Virus record (IMG/VR): IMGVR_UViG_3300027795_000039
Location: 1-64,000 of that record
DNA length: 64,000 bases
Source of the DNA: a virus
Strand: one strand, 5' to 3'
This document shows positions 28,818 to 39,379 of the stretch, piece after piece. A model generated the notes under the pieces. That model saw only the letters and a list, made by a program, of their open reading frames with translations, searched no databases and was not told the origin of the DNA. Position 1 is the stretch's first letter; each line of letters opens with the position of its first letter. The position numbers and the translations under genes were made by a program.

Positions 28818-30848
28818 TCAGTTCGCCTTATTCCAGTACATGGTAAAGCTGCCAGCAGACTTATTAAATGGACCTGGGTACTGGTTAAACCCATCGGTAC
28901 TAGTAATAACGCTGAATACTGGAATCGGGTTATTGCTGATAGCTGGCGTTGTTGAAATACTCGTAAAAGGAATTGTATCGTAATCAGGCAACTGGTATGG
29001 TAGTTCTTGTTCAATGCCAACAATTGCGTTCCCAACTGGGTAAATCCATCCCCAGGTTGATGGCACGCCTGTTGTAGCGTTGTAAGAGACGCAGCCAACG
29101 TTGGTTCCGAGAACACTTTTAACCTCAGTGTAGCTCCAACCCTGGGTGTGATTAGTAATTATCGCATACCAGAATGTGCCATCACAATCAAGTGTCAGTG
29201 ATATTGAATTCCCAGCGCCGGTTGGGAATGCTGTTGTACTCCACAATTCACCTGCACCACCACCGCCACCAAACCACCACGACCAGCAGCTTGTGTTAAC
29301 ATTCCCTGTGTAACCGCTGCTAGCTGACATGAAAATGCCAACCTGGTAAATATCTGCGACACCAATCCACACTGAACAGTCAGATGACGTGTTAACTGGC
29401 ATCGATGATGGAATAGTAAAGGTGGCTGATATCCCCGTGTATGAGGTATGTTCAAGAAATTGATAGCCGGTTATGTAGACACCAGCGACTGGCACCACGA
29501 CGAACGTGGCGGCAGCACCAGCCCAGGCAGAGCTGGTACCGGAAGTTCCGGAGTAAGTATAGGTAGTAGCACCAACAGCTTGCCGGTAACCAGAAACACC
29601 GCCGATAGCATGCGACCCAGCACCGACGATGTCTGTGTAAGATGTTTCATTGGTCCACCCACTAGCGGTGGCGGTGATGCTGCCGGTATTACTGACGATG
29701 GTACCGATACCCACGATGAAGTGAGTGTAGTAAGGGATGGTTGTCCCGGTGGCTGTTGACGTCCAGCTGGTGCTAGTACCACTATCACTCGATGAGGTGT
29801 CGTAGAAAATAGATCCGGATACCTCATATACCCAAGCAAGGATACCTGCCGTGGTCGTGATGATAACCACGGATGTTGCTGCTCGAGCTATGTTCGTGTT
29901 TGACCAAACTTGAGCATTGTTGGCGCTTGATGCCGATACTTGAGCGTAGGTATCGATGGTTCCACCGAGTGCGATACTGGTGACACCACCACCAAAGAAA
30001 CCGCACATGGCAACGATAAGGCCGTTGCCAACCACGGTGTTCTCAGGTAGAGTAAGAGTAAGCGACGTGCCCGTGGTGTGGCCCGAGATTACCTGGCGGA
30101 AACCGGTACTTGATCCAGTTACCGGATACGCTGCTTCACTAACCGGAATCACAGGTAGTGATACATGCTGGTTAATGCCCTGGAGTCCGAGCGGGTACGC
30201 TGATTCAGCCACCTGGATAACAGGGAGGTTAATGGTAACAGGGCTGTTAGTTTCCCGGAGTAGGACAGCGATACCATAGATATCAGATGCTGTTCCAGCC
30301 CATACCGGCTGCTGTGCTGAGTTAGCGCAACTCGCGTTCCAGCACGCGCCATTGCCGTTGCCATCAACCTGGTACGTGTAACCACTCGTGGATCCTGCTG
30401 TCGCTGAACTCGAGTTGAACGCGTACCCGAAGTAGAGTTCACCTGATCCGTGACCAGGTGTCAGTGATGGAAAATCAAGAGTACTCGTTGATACGGTACC
30501 AGAAACATCCAGTATGACATTAGCATACCCGGCAGTGGTACTGAATTCCGTCCAGAATAGCCTGATCGTTGGGCTACCCGTGTTGAATGTTACTGTAACT
30601 GTCGCAGTTGAGGTACTGGTAACCTGGCCGATAAAGATCGTGGAAACATACAAACTGCTCGTTGCAGGGAGCGCGGTATGTGCGACGAGTACTGACCAGG
30701 TGACGTTGGTGCTGGACAAAGCGGTGGCATAGTCGGCCACTGTTTCCGAGATAACCTCAACCAGTATCAGGTCACCGACGGTGCTGGGTGTCATGGAGAA
30801 TGTTGAGGTTGTGGCATAGTTGTAGTTGGTTCCACCACCGAATGCCAC
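28818..30848 (-). CDS. Virion protein with C-terminal G1 glutamic-peptidase-like domain
   Basis: ISATFTIP, SVWIG..IYQVG, NHTQGWS, GIEQE..LPDY pattern. Confidence 0.6.
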   Translation of the reverse strand: MAFGGGTNYNYATTSTFSMTPSTVGDLILVEVISETVADYATALSSTNVTWSVLVAHTALPATSSLYVSTIFIGQVTSTSTATVTVTFNTGSPTIRLFWTEFSTTAGYANVILDVSGTVSTSTLDFPSLTPGHGSGELYFGYAFNSSSATAGSTSGYTYQVDGNGNGACWNASCANSAQQPVWAGTASDIYGIAVLLRETNSPVTINLPVIQVAESAYPLGLQGINQHVSLPVIPVSEAAYPVTGSSTGFRQVISGHTTGTSLTLTLPENTVVGNGLIVAMCGFFGGGVTSIALGGTIDTYAQVSASSANNAQVWSNTNIARAATSVVIITTTAGILAWVYEVSGSIFYDTSSSDSGTSTSWTSTATGTTIPYYTHFIVGIGTIVSNTGSITATASGWTNETSYTDIVGAGSHAIGGVSGYRQAVGATTYTYSGTSGTSSAWAGAAATFVVVPVAGVYITGYQFLEHTSYTGISATFTIPSSMPVNTSSDCSVWIGVADIYQVGIFMSASSGYTGNVNTSCWSWWFGGGGGAGELWSTTAFPTGAGNSISLTLDCDGTFWYAIITNHTQGWSYTEVKSVLGTNVGCVSYNATTGVPSTWGWIYPVGNAIVGIEQELPYQLPDYDTIPFTSISTTPAISNNPIPVFSVITSTDGFNQYPGPFNKSAGSFTMYWNKAN

Positions 30849-30902
30849 GTCTCACCCGCCATATCACTTAAGCTTAGTCAACGTATGCTTATCAGTGTGG
30901 TT

Positions 30903-31370
30903 TTATACCGCTGCGGTAAACGTTACCAGACCACTACCGTTAACATCGAGAGTAAATGTTGCGCTAGATACAGATTGCGAACCGCCAAAGTCGAATATAG
31001 CGAGCAATGGCCGAGTGGCATCAGTAGTAGAACTATCTGTTTCATCGTGAATCCAGCCGTACACAGTGGAAAATGTTGCTGATGACCACGCTGGATTTGC
31101 CGCAGTGAATGTACCGACAAGACCTGAGTTTGTCCAACTGACACTTGTCAATGCCTGCCGAGAATATCCACCACCTGATACTTCTGCTAGCGCGCTGCCG
31201 TTGTTAGCGAGTAGCTGGGAAACATACTCGTATCCTTCACTCGTGCTCCGGGTAGCCAATGTGCCTGTAGCGATGAGACCGACCTCAAACGTGTCAGTGC
31301 TCATGTTCACACCTTTTGCACCGAGGTGATTAAGCATGAACGATGGCTGGAAGTAAGCTGCTAGTGCCAT
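30903..31370 (-). CDS. Minor tail protein
   Basis: EVSGGGYSRQAL, PLLAIFDFGGS motifs typical of small tail proteins. Confidence 0.7.
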   Translation of the reverse strand: MALAAYFQPSFMLNHLGAKGVNMSTDTFEVGLIATGTLATRSTSEGYEYVSQLLANNGSALAEVSGGGYSRQALTSVSWTNSGLVGTFTAANPAWSSATFSTVYGWIHDETDSSTTDATRPLLAIFDFGGSQSVSSATFTLDVNGSGLVTFTAAV

Positions 31371-31405
31371 GTGTTTCCTCCATAATTAGTCGTTCTCTGT
31401 GTTAA

Positions 31406-34276
31406 CTAATCAATTACACAGAAAGCGGCATTAAGGTATGGTGAGTTAGCTGGTGGTTCCTGTGTAACTGATATGACACCAGAAGGCACACTTGACCAGC
31501 CAGCTTCACCGAAGATGAAATCAGGGTTTAGGTTCAGTGTCCGGATTGCGTTATCACCGAGTATCATACTCACAGGCTGGCGGTACAGCGCCGGTCGTGG
31601 TAGTACCACGAGGTTACCATTCGCGTTACCGAACCAGGTTGCACCTGACGATTGTGCATCACTGTTAAGCGCGTCAGCAAACGAGTTACCACCGGTACTG
31701 TAAGCAGCAGACAACTGGAACGCATCAGTAATACCACCGGGGCCAGCTTCATTAAGGTTTGACTGGGCCCATGCTTGGTACCGGCCAAACCGTTGCATGA
31801 TACTGTCACCAGCGAAGCCAGTATTACCTGAGTTATAGTGTGAAGCATACCGAGTAGCGCCGAGTTCATTAGGGTAAACGCTGCCGTAAGCGAGAGAGTA
31901 ATTCCAGCGAGCGTGAGTGGTACCAACTGAGTAAGTAGCGGCACCAAAAGTAACTGCGGTAATTGGCCCTGTCAACAGGTCAATTCCACCCATGATCGCA
32001 TCACCGTTTAGGTATACTGTCAGATCGCCAGTTGAACTAATATCGAGCGCCAGGTGACACAGTGTGTCAAGTGGAAATACCGCGAAACTAGTGTTAATCG
32101 TCGTTGACTGTGACCATTGAACAAAACAAACGGTTGTTCCACTATCATCTGTTCCAGGAAAGTAAACACCAACAGCAGCAACCCAGCCGGGCGCTAGGTT
32201 CGCGACACCGTTTGATTCGATGTATGGTTTACCGAAGAACTGGATAAGTGGCGTGGGCTGACCACCAGGTTCCGTGTTTTCTACACCAGGTACCGTGGTC
32301 CATAGTTCAAATGCCATACCGTTTGTCTGGCCGATAACCGGTAGCTCATAGTCTGGGCCGTATACCGCACCAGATCCACGCAGCGGTGTTGTAGTGTAGT
32401 TACTGTAGCTACTAACACCCATGCCGGTACCAGAGTCACCCTCGAAGTTAATTGTCTGGCCGGTTTCTACTGGTACATCTCCAGATAGGTAACTTGCGGT
32501 ACGCTGGTTTACTCTCGAAGTATTAACAACAATCAAGCCGCTGGCGTCAGTGGCAGTCGATTGAGCACCGTTAATCGTGTTCGCTGTTATCTGGTATGAT
32601 TCGCTAAATGGGAAACACGCATATGGTTCATCGGTTAGGATTTCACCTTGTACCGCTGATGGCATGTTAACTGCGTTGGCAATACCCACGGTATCCGTCG
32701 CTACCATAGGGGAAAACCCCCATTGTGGCAGGTCAGGCCAAGTCTGCGGCCAGCGTTCCACGTAGCCGTAGCCGATGGGGAATCGTTGCCCTTCCCAGAA
32801 AGCTGATACACGGACTGGAGTTTGTAGCTTAACAAGGCCGGTTTGTATCCCAGCGACACCAACGGCAAGTGCTGCTTCCGCAATGTAGAATGTTGTGGCG
32901 TTTGATGGTGTGCCATCAAAACCACCAGCGATAATGGCAAAAACTGCACTTACCGGTGCTGTTACCTGGTCGGTGGTTACCTGTATCCAGGTATTTGATG
33001 GTATGGCGGTAACAGCACCAGTAGTGGAACTAATTGAGTTGCTGTTGACGTCAAACCACTGGATGATAGCGATGGCACCTGATGCCCAGCCAACGGGTGA
33101 GTATATCCAGAATGAGAAAGTGTAGGTTGGATTAATATACCTTGCCAGGTTAATCAACGTACTTGACTGGAATCCAGGCGAGCTCGCGGTACCAGATGGT
33201 GTAACCAGCATGGAGTATGAAGCGGTTACGTTGATTCCAGTAGCGTAACTGTAGGTATCTGATTGAGACAGCGTGGCATCATTAACCGCAACCCAGCCGT
33301 GAGTATTAGACTGAAATGACATGTTAGTGTTAAGTGCGTTACTGTAGTAGTGGCTACCAGGCCACGCAGGATCAAAAGCACCATCAACGTTGTTCAACAA
33401 GACATTCATCTCGCCAGCTTCTGGTGTGGCGAGTTCATACTGACGCCCTCGAGTTACTGTGATTCCAGCAACTTCACCACCAGCGATGGCACGTTGAGTA
33501 ATATCAGTCCACTGGCCATCAAGAATACTCTGGGAAAAATCACCGGGTGTCGTACTGAATGCTGCTTCTACTCGGACAACCGGGAAATTCGGGTTACCAT
33601 TCCACGGTGGGTAGCTTGTCTGGCTGATACCGATCATTACACCAGCGCCAGTAATCGCACCACTCTCTGCTGTAAATGATACGCTTACACTACTTGACTC
33701 GGTAAATGATGCGTATGCAGAAATTAGGCGACTTGGAACAGGGAGAGATATCCACGGTGATGCTGGGAAATTAGTCGAGCTTGTCTGACATAGTGCACAC
33801 ACGAAACAGTAGTCAGCTTGCTGTGCCACAGCTGAGAATGTAATATCTGTGGTTGACAAGCTCGTGTATGGCACGGTGAAATCAATAACGGAAGTGTAAC
33901 CTGCCGGCAAGCCGGTAAATTCTGCTACAACACAATCAATTTCACCAACGTAGCCAGCAGCTGAAATGGACCACCAGCCCGATGATGGAATCGCAAGTGC
34001 GTTATCACATACCCAGATCGCGGTACGAAGCGGCATATCTGGTACGTTACCGGTGTCTCCAATTAGTCGCCACCAGTTACCGACAGAGTCACATACGGTC
34101 ATTGCAGGCATTACAGCGGATGATGACATGGTTGCCGTGCTGGTGATGATTGAGGCAAACGCTACCAGCATGTTACCCGCTGTATTGAGCAGGTTAAGAG
34201 ACTGTGGCCCGATATTACTCGTTGGTGATGTTGGGAGCCAGTAATTTGAAGTGGTCCTGACCAGTGAAAATGCCAT
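31406..34276 (-). CDS. Tail-tip/hub protein with CBM and LamG-like domains
   Basis: Follows tape measure; RGRQYEL...LNNVDGAFDP; GYVERWP. Confidence 0.75.
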   Translation of the reverse strand: MAFSLVRTTSNYWLPTSPTSNIGPQSLNLLNTAGNMLVAFASIITSTATMSSSAVMPAMTVCDSVGNWWRLIGDTGNVPDMPLRTAIWVCDNALAIPSSGWWSISAAGYVGEIDCVVAEFTGLPAGYTSVIDFTVPYTSLSTTDITFSAVAQQADYCFVCALCQTSSTNFPASPWISLPVPSRLISAYASFTESSSVSVSFTAESGAITGAGVMIGISQTSYPPWNGNPNFPVVRVEAAFSTTPGDFSQSILDGQWTDITQRAIAGGEVAGITVTRGRQYELATPEAGEMNVLLNNVDGAFDPAWPGSHYYSNALNTNMSFQSNTHGWVAVNDATLSQSDTYSYATGINVTASYSMLVTPSGTASSPGFQSSTLINLARYINPTYTFSFWIYSPVGWASGAIAIIQWFDVNSNSISSTTGAVTAIPSNTWIQVTTDQVTAPVSAVFAIIAGGFDGTPSNATTFYIAEAALAVGVAGIQTGLVKLQTPVRVSAFWEGQRFPIGYGYVERWPQTWPDLPQWGFSPMVATDTVGIANAVNMPSAVQGEILTDEPYACFPFSESYQITANTINGAQSTATDASGLIVVNTSRVNQRTASYLSGDVPVETGQTINFEGDSGTGMGVSSYSNYTTTPLRGSGAVYGPDYELPVIGQTNGMAFELWTTVPGVENTEPGGQPTPLIQFFGKPYIESNGVANLAPGWVAAVGVYFPGTDDSGTTVCFVQWSQSTTINTSFAVFPLDTLCHLALDISSTGDLTVYLNGDAIMGGIDLLTGPITAVTFGAATYSVGTTHARWNYSLAYGSVYPNELGATRYASHYNSGNTGFAGDSIMQRFGRYQAWAQSNLNEAGPGGITDAFQLSAAYSTGGNSFADALNSDAQSSGATWFGNANGNLVVLPRPALYRQPVSMILGDNAIRTLNLNPDFIFGEAGWSSVPSGVISVTQEPPANSPYLNAAFCVID

Positions 34277-34278
34277 GG

Positions 34279-37200
34279 CTACCCACCAGGCCGCATCGTG
34301 CCGGTTACAGCCCCTGAATTCCTGATGTTATAACGGAATGTTTGTTGTTGAACTGCAGACCATAGTTCTTTATCATTTACTTTTCCTGATACTTCACTGC
34401 GCAAGTTGACAACAATCGGCTGAGTGGTACTTGCTACAGTTCGATGGCCACTACTTAGACTTGCAGTCCCTGCAGTTGCGGCACTGGACAGCTTCCCAGC
34501 AGCTTGTGATACTCGTCCCGCACCTGATTCCATTCCTCTGGCCAGGCCTTCTGCTACCATCAAACCATGCTGGATCATGACCCGAGATGGTGAACTGATG
34601 CCAAGTTCTTTCTTCAGCGTTGACACCATGTTAGTAGCGATTTTCTGCATCTCAGTGTTGATAGCTGATTCTTGCGACTTAAGACCGCTTAGGAAACCAG
34701 CACTAGCCTGAGAACCACCTTCATACATGATGTTGGCAGCAGATTCACCGAGTGATGTTGACATTGCACCGATTTGGGTTTGAGCGGCGTTAATCTGGCC
34801 TATTTGAGCGAGGTTCGCACCGGCAAGTTCAGCTGCGAGCTGACCGCCTTGAACCGGCCCCATCGCAATAATCTGGCTGATGTAGTTTTTATTCAGCCCC
34901 ATCTTAGCGATTTTCTGCAGGTTTACTTTAAACGAGCGAATCTGGCCCACGTCACCGCTTAGCGTGGAAATAATCTGGTTAACGCTGGCCACGCCACCAC
35001 TGCTATTTGTCATAGCTGAGCTAAGGTCGAAACTCGATACGGTAGCAGCAGCTGTTCCCTGAGCGAACTGAGCAGCATCAGCAATTTCGTGCGCGATGTT
35101 AGTACGCTGGGTGGCAAGTTTGGTAAGCGTGGTATTATCGTTTGACAACCACTTTGAAAGCGACGATTCTTTGGTGGTGCTGATGACATCACCAGCTGCA
35201 GCTGTCTTCAGCGTATCATTAATCGATGAAATTACCGTGGAAACTTGAGCTGCAGTGCCTTTTGTTAGTTCTTTTTCCATGCCACCAGTAAGTGCACTGT
35301 TAAGTGCGTTACTCAATTGTGATTTCAATGCGCTTTGCTGTGCACTAGAAATAGCGCCAGTCAAAGCAGCAATAGTAATCGTGTTACCAATCTGGCTGGC
35401 TGTGGCTTCTACATGTGCCTTGCTGCCATTCATGCCAAGCGCCAGACCAGTCATGATCTGAGTACCGATTTCAGCGAACACGGTACTCGGTGAAAAAACG
35501 CCGAGAACAGTTTTTGCCGCGCCAATAATACTCTTACCAATGTTTTCAACGGCTTTTATCGGATCAGTTGCAATTGCTTCAATACCACTGACCAAGCCGT
35601 GGATAACATCTTTACCGGCGTTAACAAGCCATGTTGCAGCATTCTTGAAGTAACCCAGGATGTCTTTACCAATTTTCTTTACCCATTTTATAACATCATT
35701 GTAACCGGTACTAAAGGCGTTTACAATTTGTTTCCAGTGCGTGGTAACGAATACGACAACAGCTACAAGTGGTCCACCGATAATTGAAATTATCAGCTTC
35801 CAGTGTATTTTTACAAAATCAATAACGTCATTAATAGCAGTAGTAAAGAAGTTTTTAATTTGTTTCCAATGCGTGGCTACCAGAACAGCGATAGCAGCAA
35901 TTGGACCACCGAAGATAGCAACTAGCAACTTCCAGTGGGTTTTAACAAATGAAATAACATCACCAACACCTTTTTCAACAGCGTGAAGTGCAGTGAGGAA
36001 ACCAGTTTTAAGTGCTCGGCCAACGTCATTAACCACATCACGGAATGTTTTAAAGTGAATATAACAAAGAATCACGATGGCAACAAGTGCAATAATTGCG
36101 ATCGTGATAATCACGATGGGGTTCATATCCATGACAAAGTTAAATGCTGCCTGAATACCAGTCCAGACCTTAGTTGCTGCAGCACTTATCTTCGACCAGA
36201 TTGTCCAGCCTTTAATCGCGGTAACAGCTTTGGTAATGTTGCCGCCGAGTGTTCCCCACATTCCAGTTGACTCAGCTGCTGCTTGATCAGCATCATTCAT
36301 CCCCTTTTTCAGGTTGCCGAGTGATGCCGATGGATAACTTAGTGCTTTCTTGATGGCCCCGCCGGCGGTACCCCACGGTCCAGTAGCCTCGCTGGCGGCT
36401 TTCTTAGCGTCATTGAAACCACTACTAAGGTTTTTGAGGTTCTTGGTTGTCGTCGTGATAGCCGTGTAACCACCCTTAAGAGTGGTAAACCCTTTACTCA
36501 CTACACCGAAAGCCTGGCCTGCGATTGATTTATACATCATGAGGTTCATGATGTTTTCAACCAGCGCACCGTGTGTTTTCATGAATGCGTTGGCAAACTG
36601 CAACAGACCTGGCACGTACTTCATCCAGACCATGTTTGAGTCACTACCAGCCATATCACCGATAAATTTGCCGGCAATTTCAACGAGGTTTTTCAGTTCA
36701 TTAACAACAGTCGGACCATTTGTCTTAACCATCGTCATGAACTCAGCAAAACCCTGTGTCTTCGACAAGCCCGCAGCCCACTTGTCGAAACCACCTGTCA
36801 TGCTGGTAAGGCCACTCAACACAACCTGAGCGAATGGTGCAAATGCTTCGAGCAAGTGCCCGATGCCGCCAGCCAAATTCATGATTGACTGAAGAATTTT
36901 CTGGATTGCTGGACCAGCATTCTTCGACATAGTCGTCATGAATGATACTAGTCCACCTGGCTGGCTAGTAAGCTTAACACCAGCACGGTTAGCAATTTGC
37001 CTCATCCCATTCGAGAAACTTTGTGCTGGTGCCATCGCAGCCCTGAGCTCGTTAACAATACTGGTCAGCGCTTTTTCGGTTGGCGGCAAGAAAGGCTGAA
37101 GCAGTTGCAACGCGCGCGGTAGCAGGCCGATACCCGCGGCCATAATCTGCGATACGCCGGATGAGTTAGCTTTCTCGAATGAAGTAAGGCTGGTTTTTGC

Positions 37201-38016
37201 GGTGGTGATTGACTGAGCAAGTGCAATCTGCCCGCTGTTCAAGCCTGCATATGCTGCCTTAAGCGCAGCAACCTTCGTGGCTTGTGCTTGCGCAATTGAC
37301 CCAGCTTCACCTTGAGCCACGAGTTGTCTTTGGAATGCTGTGGTTGCTGTGTCGGCAATTTTCGCATATTGCGTTTGAGTAGATTTTACTGAAGAAGCGT
37401 AAGCTGTATTGGCAGCAGCAGCGGCTGTGGCAGCTGTTGATGCGGTGGTAAATGAGCTCTTCGCAACCAAGGCGAAAGCACCGAGACCGATACCAGCTGC
37501 AGCGATGCCGGATAGGAGACCACCGGTGATAGCAATAAGCCCAGCAGCCATCGGTTCCAAAGAACTAGTAGCGAAGCCGGCTATCACCCAGATCTTCTTG
37601 AGCATCCCCATTTCCATGAAACTCTGGTTAGATGCATCTTCAGCTGATTTTGCCACCTTTTCATTTGAGTCAGAGAGACTTTTATTCGCGTTGGTAATCG
37701 CCTCTTGCAACGCTGCCAACTCGAGATCAGCTTTGATCTGGCTCTTCGTAGCATCTGTAGCAGCTTTTGTCGCGACAGTGAGTTCAATCTCACCATCAGC
37801 GTACTTGCTAGCCGCGTCTTTTGCGATGTCCATGGCAGCAGCAGCCCTATCTGCCGCTTCCATGGTCTCCAGACCCATCTGCCGAGCCTTCAACGCTGCG
37901 GTATCGGTCCGGTCACCGAATTGTTGAGTAGCTGCGATGGCTTTCTGCAGCGGCTCAGTGTACTGCGTGATGTCAGCGGTAAACTTAGCTATTGCGGGAG
38001 GCAACTCGGTGGCCAC
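34279..38016 (-). CDS. Tape measure protein
   Basis: 1245 aa, Ala-rich helical, W-spaced repeats, LGISSPSRV motifs. Confidence 0.9.
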   Translation of the reverse strand: MATELPPAIAKFTADITQYTEPLQKAIAATQQFGDRTDTAALKARQMGLETMEAADRAAAAMDIAKDAASKYADGEIELTVATKAATDATKSQIKADLELAALQEAITNANKSLSDSNEKVAKSAEDASNQSFMEMGMLKKIWVIAGFATSSLEPMAAGLIAITGGLLSGIAAAGIGLGAFALVAKSSFTTASTAATAAAAANTAYASSVKSTQTQYAKIADTATTAFQRQLVAQGEAGSIAQAQATKVAALKAAYAGLNSGQIALAQSITTAKTSLTSFEKANSSGVSQIMAAGIGLLPRALQLLQPFLPPTEKALTSIVNELRAAMAPAQSFSNGMRQIANRAGVKLTSQPGGLVSFMTTMSKNAGPAIQKILQSIMNLAGGIGHLLEAFAPFAQVVLSGLTSMTGGFDKWAAGLSKTQGFAEFMTMVKTNGPTVVNELKNLVEIAGKFIGDMAGSDSNMVWMKYVPGLLQFANAFMKTHGALVENIMNLMMYKSIAGQAFGVVSKGFTTLKGGYTAITTTTKNLKNLSSGFNDAKKAASEATGPWGTAGGAIKKALSYPSASLGNLKKGMNDADQAAAESTGMWGTLGGNITKAVTAIKGWTIWSKISAAATKVWTGIQAAFNFVMDMNPIVIITIAIIALVAIVILCYIHFKTFRDVVNDVGRALKTGFLTALHAVEKGVGDVISFVKTHWKLLVAIFGGPIAAIAVLVATHWKQIKNFFTTAINDVIDFVKIHWKLIISIIGGPLVAVVVFVTTHWKQIVNAFSTGYNDVIKWVKKIGKDILGYFKNAATWLVNAGKDVIHGLVSGIEAIATDPIKAVENIGKSIIGAAKTVLGVFSPSTVFAEIGTQIMTGLALGMNGSKAHVEATASQIGNTITIAALTGAISSAQQSALKSQLSNALNSALTGGMEKELTKGTAAQVSTVISSINDTLKTAAAGDVISTTKESSLSKWLSNDNTTLTKLATQRTNIAHEIADAAQFAQGTAAATVSSFDLSSAMTNSSGGVASVNQIISTLSGDVGQIRSFKVNLQKIAKMGLNKNYISQIIAMGPVQGGQLAAELAGANLAQIGQINAAQTQIGAMSTSLGESAANIMYEGGSQASAGFLSGLKSQESAINTEMQKIATNMVSTLKKELGISSPSRVMIQHGLMVAEGLARGMESGAGRVSQAAGKLSSAATAGTASLSSGHRTVASTTQPIVVNLRSEVSGKVNDKELWSAVQQQTFRYNIRNSGAVTGTMRPGG

Positions 38017-38036
38017 GGATCGCCTCCACTCAGCTA

Positions 38037-38065
38037 TTTACATCACGGTGGTAGTGTGGTATAAT
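38037..38065 (+). promoter_or_regulatory. Sigma-70-like promoter
   Basis: TTTACA-N17-TATAAT with TG extension. Confidence 0.8.
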
Positions 38066-38085
38066 GGAACTATCAGGAACAAGGA

Positions 38086-38250
38086 ATGGAGCAAGAAGTG
38101 ATCGAAGAAATGGATGCGTTCCAACAGGCAATGTATGACGCCACGGTCGCAGGTATCACCAGGTTTGATCCAAATCGTTTCCCTGAGAAGAGCTACTACT
38201 GGCTGAGGAAGTATCAGGAAGAGCTGGCAAAGTACGCGGAAGTCATTTAG
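38086..38250 (+). CDS. Small hypothetical protein (54 aa, not in ORF track)
   Basis: After the promoter and CAGGAACAAGGA leader; MEQEVIEEMDAFQQAMY...AEVI*. Confidence 0.6.
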   Translation: MEQEVIEEMDAFQQAMYDATVAGITRFDPNRFPEKSYYWLRKYQEELAKYAEVI

Positions 38251-38684
38251 TACAAACCGCACGCGTTCTTGAACGCACTAATCGCCGCATCACGTGCCTT
38301 CATCTGCCACTTCAGCTGTGCCGGTGCCACGTACGGCCGAGGTGGCAGGTGAGACTTGTGACCTTTACCAGCCCAGCCGCCCAATTCCTGGATTCTCGCG
38401 TACACCGTCGTACCACCCACGGTCGCGGTCCACTGTCCATTACCTGTTGGTTCCAGCCTCGTCATCTTCACGGACCGACGAAGTTGACCGCTGATAAGCG
38501 ATGGTGGTGAGCCAGGTGGTGATGGAGTTGGTGTACCAGCTGGGTGAGACGACCGGCTTAGCTCGAGTTGGACACCACGAATGAGAACCGCACCAGACGC
38601 CTTCGCCGCTGCTTTTGCTGCCTCATCTGCGTGATCAATCAGGCGTTGTAGTGCGTCTTCGAGACTCTCGAAGCCAGTAGCCAT
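38247..38684 (-). CDS. HK97 gp10-like tail completion protein
   Basis: SGQLRRSV, VYARIQELGG, LPPRPY. Confidence 0.8.
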   Translation of the reverse strand: MATGFESLEDALQRLIDHADEAAKAAAKASGAVLIRGVQLELSRSSHPAGTPTPSPPGSPPSLISGQLRRSVKMTRLEPTGNGQWTATVGGTTVYARIQELGGWAGKGHKSHLPPRPYVAPAQLKWQMKARDAAISAFKNACGLY

Positions 38685-38686
38685 GC

Positions 38687-39285
38687 TTACCTCCGACGTG
38701 GGCCAGATGGTGGTGAAGAAGCGTTACCTTTCTTTTCGATGGCATGTGCTTCTGCTGCTTCGATTTCCGGCCACCACGTCACCGCATCAAGTGACGATTC
38801 TTCGGTCATCTCTTCAGTGAACCCATACGTCCTGGCGAAGAATCGCTTTGTGAAGGTATCAGGTGGCATTTTCTCCGGGAGTGGCAATTCATACTTACCA
38901 TTACTCATGAAGAGGCCGCGGAGGCGGGTGACGTCTCGAGGTTTGGGACATCCACCACCTTGGCTAGCATTGGTGCGAAAATCTTTTCGAGTGCGTTCCA
39001 GTCATCGATATCCAGTGCTTCACCGAAAGCATCACGAACATGCTCGTGCCACAGCTTCGAACTGCCGGTGCACTCCGGACACGCATGACGACTCGGTAGC
39101 TCATCTGGCAGTGACCAGTCTTCCAGCAGCCGAGATAGCAACGCTGTTTCCATGAGTGACAACGTGCCACCAGATGCCTCACCGGAACCGACGATGCTGA
39201 CAGCATTCTGAACGGCGAATTTATCTTTGGCGCGAAGTGCGGTTCTAATCTCTGCTGTTGCACCAGAGGGCAGGTCAACCTTCAT
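38687..39285 (-). CDS. Tail assembly chaperone pair with programmed -1 frameshift
   Basis: ORF 39285..38905 has C CCA AAC at 38947-38941; the -1 frame reads PRDVTRLRGLF into ORF 38908..38687. Confidence 0.8.
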
Positions 39286-39317
39286 GTCACGACTCTCCCA
39301 TCAAGAGACGTTGGGTA

Positions 39318-39346
39318 TTTACATCACCACCATGATGTGGTATAAT
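39318..39346 (+). promoter_or_regulatory. Sigma-70-like promoter
   Basis: TTTACA-N17-TATAAT then CAGGAACAGGAA. Confidence 0.8.
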
Positions 39347-39379
39347 GTACTTAATCGCAGGAACAGGAATGAGGTAAAG

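Noticed and set aside
28817-29116. N-terminal 100-aa extension of ORF 25739..29116, and similar long upstream extensions (46266..47657, 20311, 39227, 22167..22820)
   Set aside because: They overlap other genes or promoters; downstream starts fit RBS or translational coupling better.
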